Source: Flavobacteriales bacterium
GTDB taxonomy: Bacteria > Bacteroidota > Bacteroidia > Flavobacteriales > Flavobacteriaceae
Direction of reading: 5' to 3'
Length of the DNA: 64,000 bases
Assembly (NCBI GenBank): GCA_027024205.1
Contig: JALVST010000102.1
Location: 12,987-76,986, forward strand
Under the pieces are notes generated by a model. The model had not been told where the DNA came from and did no database searches. It saw nothing but the letters and a program-made list of their open reading frames with translations. Both the position numbers and the translations under genes were made by a program. This document shows positions 1 to 8,095 of the stretch, piece by piece. Position 1 is the first letter of the stretch. Each line of letters begins with the position of its first letter.

Positions 1-35
1 CTACTCTGTGATACTCTGTGAAAATTTACTCTTTG

Positions 36-332
36 CTATACTTCGGCAGGCTCAGTACGGCGCTCTGTGGTTAAGTGACTTTCAATCAACTTTTCCTGTG
101 GTAAATACCCACGTGACACAATTACGCCATTGATAAGGATAGTCGGTAATATCCAGGTTTCATACTGCTTGATTTTTTCCAAATCGGTTTCTATCTCATA
201 ATTTACCGGGATCTGCCGCTTTTCAAAATAACGTTCCAACCGCTTCATAATCCGCCGGGTACGCCGACAAGCGGGTCCGGGGGATAGAATTTTGATTTGG
301 TTTGTGGGCATATTATCGTTTGGTTGCGACAT
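36..332 (-). CDS. small thioredoxin-fold protein (ars-operon-associated type), monothiol variant
   Basis: 98-aa ORF 74 nt downstream of arsC on the same strand. It has the IKIL..PG.AC ... LPTILINGVIVSRG layout of the ~80-aa thioredoxin-like family. Only one Cys (ACRRT) is present where CxxC is usual. Confidence 0.55.
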   Translation of the reverse strand: MSQPNDNMPTNQIKILSPGPACRRTRRIMKRLERYFEKRQIPVNYEIETDLEKIKQYETWILPTILINGVIVSRGYLPQEKLIESHLTTERRTEPAEV

Positions 333-341
333 GCATTTATT

Positions 342-406
342 CGTATATACAGACGCACATCCGCACTTTACATTACACGTATATACAGACGCACGTCCGA
401 GCGTCT
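342..406. repeat. 17-bp direct repeat pair plus REP-like hairpin (AGACGC-N8-GCGTCT)
   Basis: CGTATATACAGACGCAC occurs at 342-358 and again at 378-394. The second copy runs into the hairpin at 387-406. The following CTA (407-409) is the arsC stop codon. Confidence 0.7.
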
Positions 407-832
407 CTACATACGTAAATTGTTTTGGTAGAATTTAAAAAAATCAACCAAAATTTCATTACGGATACGTCTGAATTCCGCCATAATTTCGTCATCCGTT
501 CCCGTAGCTTCGGCAGGGTCTTCAAAACCTATATGCAGACGATGTTTGACCTCGCCCGAAAAATAAGGACAAGTTTCTTTGGCGCCATCACAAACCGTAA
601 TCACATAATCAAATGATTGCTCCAAAAATTCCGAAACGTTTTTAGGATAATTACCACTGATATCTATATTCATTTCTTTCATAGCCGCAATGGCTTTGGG
701 ATGCACTTCGTTACTGGAATTTGTCCCTGCAGAATAGACTTCCAAATCTTTATCAAAAGCTTTTAAAAATCCTTCTGCCATTTGGCTGCGACACGAATTG
801 CCTGTGCATAAAATCAAGATTTTCTTTTTCAT
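407..832 (-). CDS. arsC: arsenate reductase, LMW-PTP/thioredoxin-coupled type
   Basis: 141 aa. N-terminal CTGNSCRS (CX5R P-loop) and a downstream Cys pair (TVCDGAKETCP). Confidence 0.9.
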   Translation of the reverse strand: MKKKILILCTGNSCRSQMAEGFLKAFDKDLEVYSAGTNSSNEVHPKAIAAMKEMNIDISGNYPKNVSEFLEQSFDYVITVCDGAKETCPYFSGEVKHRLHIGFEDPAEATGTDDEIMAEFRRIRNEILVDFFKFYQNNLRM

Positions 833-846
833 ATTTATAATTTATT

Positions 847-1746
847 TTAATGATAAAGCTTTTTATCATCTTCAATACTAAATTCAGGTTGCAAAGTCGT
901 ATGCTCTATCCCGTGATGTTCTTTAAGATAATCATTAACCAATTGCATAATTCTCTCAAAATCGGTTATCCGGCAATCTTCATCAACGTCTAAATGCGCT
1001 TCAAACATCAAATCGTGTTCGTTGATTTGCCAAACATGAATGTGATGAATATTCTTTACCCCGTCTATTTGACCAATATCCTTGGCAATCCGGTTTAAAT
1101 CTAAATTTTCAGGGGTAAATTGCATCATAATCTTTAAGGAAGTTTTAAAAATATCCCAACTCATATAAATCAAATAGACTGCAATCAAGATTGAAAAAAC
1201 CGGATCTATCCAGTAAATATGATAATATTTCATCACAACACCGCCTATCAAAACGGCAATAGACGTCATCATATCACCAAACAGATGTAAATAAGCGGAC
1301 TTCATATTCATATTATCCTTGGCATCTTCTTTGATAAACAGCACACTTAATCCGTTGACGGCAATACTTCCCAACGCCAACCAAATGACCAAATTACTTT
1401 TGATAGGGTGAGGCTGTAAAAGGCGTTGCACCGCTTCATACAAAATAAAAATTGCCAAGATAATCAGTGTAGTCGAATTGAAAAAAGCCGCAATGATTTC
1501 GCTACGTTTGTAGCCAAAAGTTTGTTTTTCATTCGCCGCTTTTTTCGACAACCGGTTGGCGATATAAGAAACGATTAACGAAATGACATCCGAAAAATTG
1601 TGAATAGCATCCGATATCAAAGCCATACTGCCGGCAATGATACCGCCGATGAGTTCTGCTAAACTAATACCTGCATTGAGCAAAATGGTCCAAAACAGAT
1701 TTTTGCTTGTTACTTCGTGGTGATGATGTTGGTGCTTGTGTCCCAT
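847..1746 (-). CDS. cation diffusion facilitator family metal efflux transporter (CzcD/ZitB-like)
   Basis: 299 aa. His-rich N-terminus MGHKHQHHHH, about six hydrophobic helices, and HNFSD and HLFGD motifs. Confidence 0.9.
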   Translation of the reverse strand: MGHKHQHHHHEVTSKNLFWTILLNAGISLAELIGGIIAGSMALISDAIHNFSDVISLIVSYIANRLSKKAANEKQTFGYKRSEIIAAFFNSTTLIILAIFILYEAVQRLLQPHPIKSNLVIWLALGSIAVNGLSVLFIKEDAKDNMNMKSAYLHLFGDMMTSIAVLIGGVVMKYYHIYWIDPVFSILIAVYLIYMSWDIFKTSLKIMMQFTPENLDLNRIAKDIGQIDGVKNIHHIHVWQINEHDLMFEAHLDVDEDCRITDFERIMQLVNDYLKEHHGIEHTTLQPEFSIEDDKKLYH

Positions 1747-1915
1747 AATATGAGTTGAAAGTTAAAAGTTCAGATTCATAAAATTATTTTTTGCTTTAAT
1801 AATCGTTTTTCGTTTCATATTATACATTCGTCTTGTAAATTGATGAATTGAAGAGTAGGTCACTGAGTGGTTTTGCGACGTAAGGAGCAAAAATGTATTG
1901 AAGTGACCGGGTTCG

Positions 1916-1984
1916 AAATTGAGGAAATGAGGATTTTTTATAATTTGAATATTTTTCCTCAATTCCTCACTCCTCATTCCTCAA
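1916..1984. repeat. inverted TCCTCAN heptad arrays
   Basis: AAATTGAGGAAATGAGGA (1916-1933) faces TTCCTCAATTCCTCACTCCTCATTCCTCAA (1955-1984) in the 261-bp CDF-OsmC spacer. Confidence 0.75.
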
Positions 1985-2007
1985 ACAACTTGATACTCAT
2001 TACTCTT

Positions 2008-2478
2008 TTACTTGACCCTAACATTAATATGCGTCCCCGTTTTGATATTATCGGTTACCGGACAGCGTTTTTCGGTTTCTTCCAACCAATCTGCTATTTG
2101 CTCCGGTGTGGCCGATTCAAATTTAGGATTAATCACGACATTAATGGTTTGAAATCCCGCTCGTTCATCAAAAGAACAACCCATAAAGTTACAAGGATTC
2201 ATATTACCTTTAATTTCTATTTTCAAGTCATTTAGTTTCAGCCCTTTTTGCCGGGCAATGGCATGTACTGTTACACCCAAGCAACCAGCTAACGACATTA
2301 ACAATACTTGAATAGGGCTTGGTCCCATATCGGTGCCGCCCATAGCTTCGGGTTCATCGATAATCATTTTGAATTTGCCTGACTGCACTTTGAGTCGCGT
2401 AGGCGTTTCGCTTTTTGCCCGTACGGTAATATTGACTTGTGGAATATCTGTTGGTTTTTCACAATCTGTCATTTTCAT
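2008..2478 (-). CDS. OsmC/Ohr family peroxiredoxin-like protein
   Basis: 156 aa with the two conserved Cys contexts (LAGCLG and KRCPV). Confidence 0.85.
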   Translation of the reverse strand: MKMTDCEKPTDIPQVNITVRAKSETPTRLKVQSGKFKMIIDEPEAMGGTDMGPSPIQVLLMSLAGCLGVTVHAIARQKGLKLNDLKIEIKGNMNPCNFMGCSFDERAGFQTINVVINPKFESATPEQIADWLEETEKRCPVTDNIKTGTHINVRVK

Positions 2479-2528
2479 TTTTTTTATTTTTATTTATAAC
2501 ATTTCACGTATAAATATCGCTAATACTT

Positions 2529-2825
2529 TCATACATTTTTCTGTTTAAAAAATGCCTCAAACAACTCTTTAGCGATTTTCCAATTTTCTTCATCAAGGCA
2601 GTACCGCACTTTGGGCGGACATATCTTTCCTTGGATTAAGCCGGCTTTTTTCAACTCTTTTAAATGTTGAGAAACCGTGGATTGCGCCAATGGAAAAACA
2701 TCGACCAAATCGCCGGTATAACAATAATCGTGAGCTGACAAATGGGCTAACATTTCCAACCGGACCGGATGTGCCATCGCCTTGGCAAAGATGGCCAGTT
2801 TTTCATAGTCTTTAAATTTTTTCAT
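2529..2825 (-). CDS. ArsR/SmtB family transcriptional regulator
   Basis: 98 aa with a winged HTH (HPVRLEMLAHL ... STVSQHLKELKKAGLI). It is the first gene of the minus-strand operon. Confidence 0.9.
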   Translation of the reverse strand: MKKFKDYEKLAIFAKAMAHPVRLEMLAHLSAHDYCYTGDLVDVFPLAQSTVSQHLKELKKAGLIQGKICPPKVRYCLDEENWKIAKELFEAFFKQKNV

Positions 2826-2829
2826 GGTG

Positions 2830-2837
2830 CAAAGATA
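2830..2837 (-). promoter_or_regulatory. Bacteroidota -7 promoter box TATCTTTG
   Basis: Matches TAnnTTTG and lies only 4 nt upstream of the arsR ATG (TATCTTTG-CACC-ATG). Confidence 0.55.
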
Positions 2838-2845
2838 TAATTTTT

Positions 2846-2868
2846 ATCGTTTATCGTAAATAAACGAT
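2846..2868 (-). promoter_or_regulatory. candidate ArsR operator (9-5-9 inverted repeat)
   Basis: ATCGTTTAT-cgtaa-ATAAACGAT is a perfect inverted repeat. It lies 8 nt upstream of the -7 box, over the expected -33/spacer region. Confidence 0.4.
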
Positions 2869-3259
2869 GAATTTTTGTTTGAATAAGTATAAAAAATATA
2901 ACACATTACTTATACTCTTAAAAATTATATTTGCTAATTGAACTTATATTATCATAACAATTATTCCCGAATTTAAGTATGCTGTTCTTGGATTTTGACA
3001 ATGATGTCAGCGAAGTTAATTTGATAAACAGCTTACAATTTATGATTATGACGGCTCAAAAAGAAATGTTAGACGAAGCGGCAGAGGAATATCAAAATAC
3101 ACTAGGTCAATGGATTAGCAAGACCTGGCAGGTTAGCAAAACCTACTAGGTCATAGGAAACAAAAAACCTGAATAGGTTTTTCAAAACCCGATAGGTCTG
3201 GATATGAAAAAAATAAAAAAAACATGTCCAAATACTTGACTTTACCAAATTAAATATCG

Positions 3260-3267
3260 TATGTTTG
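3260..3267 (+). promoter_or_regulatory. -7 promoter box TATGTTTG
   Basis: Matches TAnnTTTG, 32 nt upstream of the ATG at 3300. Confidence 0.5.
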
Positions 3268-3282
3268 TAAGTAAATACTTAC
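3267..3282 (+). promoter_or_regulatory. candidate TetR-type operator (7-2-7 palindrome)
   Basis: GTAAGTA-aa-TACTTAC directly abuts the -7 box. A half-site-like AAATACTT also occurs at about 3230. Confidence 0.35.
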
Positions 3283-3299
3283 TTACTAAAATTGTTTAT

Positions 3300-4220
3300 A
3301 TGAAACGACTATACATTAACATGTTATTGTTTCTCATTTTACTGATGGGGAATTTTATCTACGGGCAAGAAAAACCCAAAAAAGAGACTGGAAAACAACC
3401 GGATGATTTCTTTATCTCGACCTATCAATTTCATCCGCAACTATTAGGAGAAAAAACTTGGTTGATTGATCTTTCTACTGATATTCCCAAGTTTTTTAAG
3501 TATTTCAATCCTAAAATGAAAAAAATCACGCCTAAAATGCCGGTTGTCGTATTAAACGAAGCTTATTTTAACGCACATATTTTGTACGGCTCAAACTCAA
3601 AACTGAATTTATATGCCAATTTGCCTTTTTTAGATTTACACCACTATTCGCCAATGATGTTTCAAAAAGGCGTTTGGTTTGGCGACATACAGACTGGCGT
3701 AGTTTATGGCAATCTTTTAAGCGGTCTGCATCATTTGACGCTTGAAGCCCAAATCAATTGGCCGACAGGCATTTACAAACAAAAACCGCAAATTCTGAAT
3801 ACCGGACGCGGCGCCTTTGGTATTCAAGTGGGGCTTAACGGTTTGGAAAATTTGCAAACCAAAGCCGATGCCTGGCAATTGGCTTATCATGCTTACTTTG
3901 ATTATTTTATAAGTTTAGACAATATCGATAAAGGTTTTGAAACAGGGGGCACCGCCCTATTCCCTAAACCTTATCATACAAAATTCGGTTATTTCGGTCT
4001 TGAAAATGCGTTGAATTTTCAAATGCACACTCCCTACAAAACCGGAACCATGACTTTGCCCAATTCCGGATTGACACAGTTGGATGTCAGCCTGGGCGGT
4101 TGGTATGAATTTTTAAATAATTGTTATCTACGTCTGACAATACCTTATACATTATACCAAAACAAAGCTTATTTGACCAAATACAGTGTGGTCATGCAAT
4201 TGGATTATAAATTTAACTAA
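3300..4220 (+). CDS. putative outer-membrane beta-barrel protein
   Basis: The listed ORF is 3261..4220. The ATG at 3300 gives signal peptide MKRLYINMLLFLILLMGNFIYGQ. The protein has alternating aromatic/Gly-rich segments, a C-terminal ...DYKFN, and is the first gene of the efflux cluster. Confidence 0.5.
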   Translation: MKRLYINMLLFLILLMGNFIYGQEKPKKETGKQPDDFFISTYQFHPQLLGEKTWLIDLSTDIPKFFKYFNPKMKKITPKMPVVVLNEAYFNAHILYGSNSKLNLYANLPFLDLHHYSPMMFQKGVWFGDIQTGVVYGNLLSGLHHLTLEAQINWPTGIYKQKPQILNTGRGAFGIQVGLNGLENLQTKADAWQLAYHAYFDYFISLDNIDKGFETGGTALFPKPYHTKFGYFGLENALNFQMHTPYKTGTMTLPNSGLTQLDVSLGGWYEFLNNCYLRLTIPYTLYQNKAYLTKYSVVMQLDYKFN

Positions 4221-4241
4221 AAAAACAAAAAACACCGAGAT

Positions 4242-5063
4242 ATGAAACAAATTAATACAAACTTGGTCTTATTGCTGTTTGTAAGTTTGATGATGACTGC
4301 TTGCAGCGACATTAATTTAACCAACGAGAAAAAATCACAACCCGAATTTCAAGGCTATATAGAAACCACCCAAGTCAAAGTAACTACCCGTATGCCCGGC
4401 CGGATTGTTGATATTTTGGTCGATGAAGGAGACCGGTTAAAACAAGGCGATACAGTGGCTTTACTCGATACCCGGGAAATTTTGGCCAATAAAAAAGCTT
4501 TAATGGCAAAATTGCACAATGTTGCGGTCAACAAACGCCGTTTGGAACATTTATATAAAGCAGGTGCTGTGCCTAAACAAAAATTGGATGAAGTAACTAC
4601 GGGATATCAAATGTTGCAAGCCAAAATTCAAGCATTGGATACACGCATTGCCGATATGGTGATTAAAGCACCTATGGACGGTGTCGTTACTTTAAAAGTC
4701 TTGGAAAAAAACCAAATGATGCCACCAGGCATGTCGGTTGTCATAGAAACAGATCCCGAGGGTACTTGGGCAAGATTTAGCGTCCCCGAAACCTATCTGA
4801 ATCAATTATATCTGGGTGACCAAGTAAACTTGCAAACCAATGCGGACAACTTGACCTTAAAAGGCAAAATCATACAAATTATCCCGATGGCTAATTTTGC
4901 CTCTCATACCCCGACCAGTGCCCGAGACGAACGTGATGTCCGCACTTTTGATATCAAAATTCTGATTTTGGATCATCAAAAAGATGTCAAACCGGGTATG
5001 TCGTTTTTTTTAAAATTGAAATCGTCGGCAAATTCAAGTAACAAACAAACCTCAAAGTCTTGA
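4242..5063 (+). CDS. HlyD-family periplasmic adaptor (membrane fusion) lipoprotein
   Basis: 273 aa. Lipobox LMMTAC, a biotinyl/lipoyl-like hairpin (RMPGRIVDILVDEGDRLKQGDTVALLD) and a coiled-coil middle. Confidence 0.85.
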   Translation: MKQINTNLVLLLFVSLMMTACSDINLTNEKKSQPEFQGYIETTQVKVTTRMPGRIVDILVDEGDRLKQGDTVALLDTREILANKKALMAKLHNVAVNKRRLEHLYKAGAVPKQKLDEVTTGYQMLQAKIQALDTRIADMVIKAPMDGVVTLKVLEKNQMMPPGMSVVIETDPEGTWARFSVPETYLNQLYLGDQVNLQTNADNLTLKGKIIQIIPMANFASHTPTSARDERDVRTFDIKILILDHQKDVKPGMSFFLKLKSSANSSNKQTSKS

Positions 5064-5067
5064 TCTC

Positions 5068-6270
5068 ATGAAAAAAGCTTTGAAAACATTAATCATGATA
5101 TTGGTGAAAATCACACTGATATCCGCTGCTTTGATATTGTTTTTTAGTATGATGGCGGGTATGTATTACAAAAGTGCGCCGACAAAAATAAAAATGGCCG
5201 TGCTCGACTTGGATCAAAGTGCTTTAAGCCGTTCTATTATTCACAATATCAAAGCGTCACAATATTTTGATGTTACACGGCAGGCAACCGATTATATTGA
5301 CTTGCAAAATTTAGTTGACAAAGGCAAAGTGGATGTAGGCGTAATGATTCCGCCGAACGCTTACAAAGATGTTTTGAATCGCCGTAATGTTAATATATTG
5401 GAATTGATAAACGGTACTGCTAACCCTATTGTCGCCAAATTATCCCTGATGATGCTCAACAAAATCATGCTGACAATGGATATGCAAATGATGAAAAAGA
5501 TGCGGGTGGAAGAATTGGGCAGCGTTCCCAATGTCAGACACACGCCCAAACCACCGCTGACTGTAAGTGAACGGGTTTTGTATAACCCTGCCTTATCAAT
5601 GGAACCCTCTATGCTACCGGCTTTTATGGGATTGGCCATGCAAATTGTTTCCATGTTGATTGTAATGTTCGGCTTATTTGCCGCTTTTAAGCAATTTAAA
5701 CAAAAATATCCGAATTTGTCGCAAATCCGCCAACTACCGGTCAAGGCATTAATTCCACCCTATATTATTTCGTGGGTTATCGTATCTACGGCTATTTCCA
5801 TTGCTTATTTTACTACCATGCAATTGTTTGGCATCCATTACGATCATCATACTCTATGGAATACCGTTTTTGCCATCTCCATGTTGGTCTTGGCCATGGA
5901 AACAATTTCATATTTTTTGGTTCTCAACATTAAAAACGGGGCTGTGATTGCAGCTCTGATTACGTTAATTGTAATGCCGGCTTTCATGTATTCGGGATTT
6001 TTAATTCCGGAAGAACAAATGGCCTGCGTCCCCAATATGATTGGCAATGCTTTTCCTTTAAAACATTATCTAAAAGTATTATATACTGTTTTTAACCGGC
6101 ATCAAGAATTATATGTAGTCAAAGATCAAGTAAATATCCTTTGGGAATTTAACCTCGGATTTTTGTCTTTGGCTGTCATTTCCATTCTTTTCGGTCAATG
6201 GGAACGCAAAAGAAAAATTAAAAAATGGCAAAAATTACAAGCTCAAACCACTGAAAACGAAACAAACTAA
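5068..6270 (+). CDS. ABC-2 type transporter permease
   Basis: 400 aa. One N-terminal TM helix, a large periplasmic loop and a C-terminal bundle of about 5 TM helices. No ATPase gene is adjacent. Confidence 0.8.
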   Translation: MKKALKTLIMILVKITLISAALILFFSMMAGMYYKSAPTKIKMAVLDLDQSALSRSIIHNIKASQYFDVTRQATDYIDLQNLVDKGKVDVGVMIPPNAYKDVLNRRNVNILELINGTANPIVAKLSLMMLNKIMLTMDMQMMKKMRVEELGSVPNVRHTPKPPLTVSERVLYNPALSMEPSMLPAFMGLAMQIVSMLIVMFGLFAAFKQFKQKYPNLSQIRQLPVKALIPPYIISWVIVSTAISIAYFTTMQLFGIHYDHHTLWNTVFAISMLVLAMETISYFLVLNIKNGAVIAALITLIVMPAFMYSGFLIPEEQMACVPNMIGNAFPLKHYLKVLYTVFNRHQELYVVKDQVNILWEFNLGFLSLAVISILFGQWERKRKIKKWQKLQAQTTENETN

Positions 6271-6271
6271 T

Positions 6272-7661
6272 ATGGTTATAAAAACGAAAGAAATGAAAAC
6301 ATATCTATATATAGTAGCACTGTTAGTATTTTTGGCATCTGGTCAATCGCTCCATGCACAACAAAAAATCAATCTGAAACAAGCCATCCGGATGGTTATT
6401 GATAACAATCCCGGCATCAAAGCCAAACAAAGCCGAATCAAACAAGCACAAGCTAAAAACAATCAGGTAAAATCCGCTTTTTTACCGCAAATCAATGTAT
6501 TATCTAAATGCCTATATACCAATAATTTACCAAATTTTTATCCGTTGTTGGGTAAGGATATACCGGTCTTGGATCCCAACGGGCAAACCGGCGAACATGT
6601 GACTTTACATCCTATGGCCCCTTATCCCGATTTGAGCGGTGATATCTTGACCATGGATTTGAATGCAGTTTATCCCATTTACACGGGTCATAAACGTGAC
6701 AATGCCTTAAAATTGACCGAACAATTGCAAAAAGCTTACGTCAAAAATATGGATGACGATAAATCTTCATTGAGTTACAAAGTCAAACAAGCTTATTATA
6801 ATTATCTGATGGTCAAGGCCGTTATTAAAGTTTACGAAGACGTTTTAAAACAATTGAATGATCATCTCCAAATGGCCAAAGCCGCCTACAAAGAAGGCGT
6901 GCGTTCGCAATTTGATGTGATCAATTTTGAAAGTAAAATAGAAGAATTCAAAGCCAAAATCGTTGATTTTAAAGGTAAACGGGAAATCGTGAGAACGGCT
7001 TTATCCAAACTAATAGGCCTACCTGACGGTCAAAAAGCCGAATTTGAAGGTAACATCAAGGATTTCTTCCAACAAGAAAATTCACAAAATCTTATTTTAA
7101 AACAGCTTTATAACGGTAATCACAAATTGGCATTTCTATCAGAAATGCAAAAAGTTTTGGATTATAAAAAAGACATCCAAAAAAGTTGGTAAATTACCGG
7201 TTGTATTTGCCTTTGGCAACTATCATATTTATCACGGCAAAGATTTTCCGCCTTTCAACAAAACCTGGCGAAACGGTTATGCCGTAGGGGTTGGGGTTAA
7301 AATGAATATTTTTGACGGTAACAAGTCAAAATATCAAATGGATGAAATCCGTGCCAAACAAGAAGAATTGGAAAATTACAAAGACGGTTTGAAATTGAAA
7401 ATGGATATTGCCTATCAAAAAACACAAGAAGAAATCAACAGTTTATTAGCTCAAAAAAAAGCCCATCAAACACATTTAAAAGTGGCCGAAAAAGCTTACG
7501 AAATTGCACAAACGGCTTATAAAAACGGCGTTATTACCAATATCCAACTCAACGGTGCTCATTTGCAAATCAGCAAAATTAAAGTGCAAATACTTAAAAT
7601 AGAAAAAGATATTTTGACCCAAAAAGCTTATTTGAAATTTTTAGCCGGTCAAATATTTTAA
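6272..7661 (+). pseudogene. TolC-family outer-membrane efflux protein with an interrupted reading frame
   Basis: ORF 6272..7192 and the open frame 7101..7661 (shifted by 1 nt) together give about 460 aa of TolC-like coiled-coil/barrel repeats. Removing one T at 7186-7187 reads ...DIQKSGKLPVVFAFGNY... Confidence 0.75.
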
Positions 7662-7695
7662 ACAACTATAATTTAACAACTTAAAAAACTAAAAC

Positions 7696-8064
7696 ATGGA
7701 AGAACAAGCCAAAAAAATCGAACAAATATTAGCTACGATGACCCAAGAAATCGGAGAAGTACCGGAACTAATGTTAAATTTATCCAAACTCAGTCCCGAT
7801 ATGTTTTTGGAACATGTATCTAACAAGAAATTTGCCTTTGAAGGACAACATATCCCGCCCAAATACAAAATACTGATGAGTCTGGCTATCAGTGCAGGGA
7901 TGGGAATAGAACCTTGCATCAATACTTATACCAAATTAGCTCTAAAAAAAGGAATTACGATTGATGAAATATTGGAAACTTTACAATTGACCCGTTACGT
8001 TAAAGGGACCTCGGTTATAGCGGCTGCGCAACAAGCTATAAAAATGGTCAACGACCATAAATAA
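7696..8064 (+). CDS. carboxymuconolactone decarboxylase (AhpD-like) family protein
   Basis: 122 aa with the CMD-family helical pattern (PPKYKILMSLAISAGMGIEPCINTYTKLALKKGITIDEILE). Confidence 0.75.
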   Translation: MEEQAKKIEQILATMTQEIGEVPELMLNLSKLSPDMFLEHVSNKKFAFEGQHIPPKYKILMSLAISAGMGIEPCINTYTKLALKKGITIDEILETLQLTRYVKGTSVIAAAQQAIKMVNDHK

Positions 8065-8070
8065 AAACAT

Positions 8071-8078
8071 TATCTTTG
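8071..8078 (+). promoter_or_regulatory. -7 promoter box TATCTTTG
   Basis: Matches TAnnTTTG, 17 nt upstream of the TetR ATG. Confidence 0.5.
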
Positions 8079-8095
8079 TCTTTCAAACAAATGAA

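Noticed and set aside
1905-1920. GGGTTCGAAAT, resembling a tRNA T-loop
   Set aside because: I could not build an acceptor stem, anticodon arm or complementary T-stem around it. It is part of a repeat module that recurs at 29481-29519 and 41534-41550.
1762-2235. Listed ORFs 1762..1977 (-) and 1867..2235 (+) in and around the CDF-OsmC spacer
   Set aside because: They read through heptad/inverted-repeat DNA (EELRNEE-type translation of TCCTCAN repeats) or run antisense to the OsmC gene. They have no start context or coding-like composition.
2979-3149. 56-codon plus-strand ORF (MLFLDFDNDVSEVNLINSLQFMIMTAQKEMLDEAAEEYQNTLGQWISKTWQVSKTY) in the arsR-efflux intergenic region
   Set aside because: Its last third is made of the CTAGGTCA/CCTGAATAGGTT repeat modules. 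I found no TAnnTTTG box in front of it and recognise no family. It may be a gene remnant, but it is not supportable as a gene.
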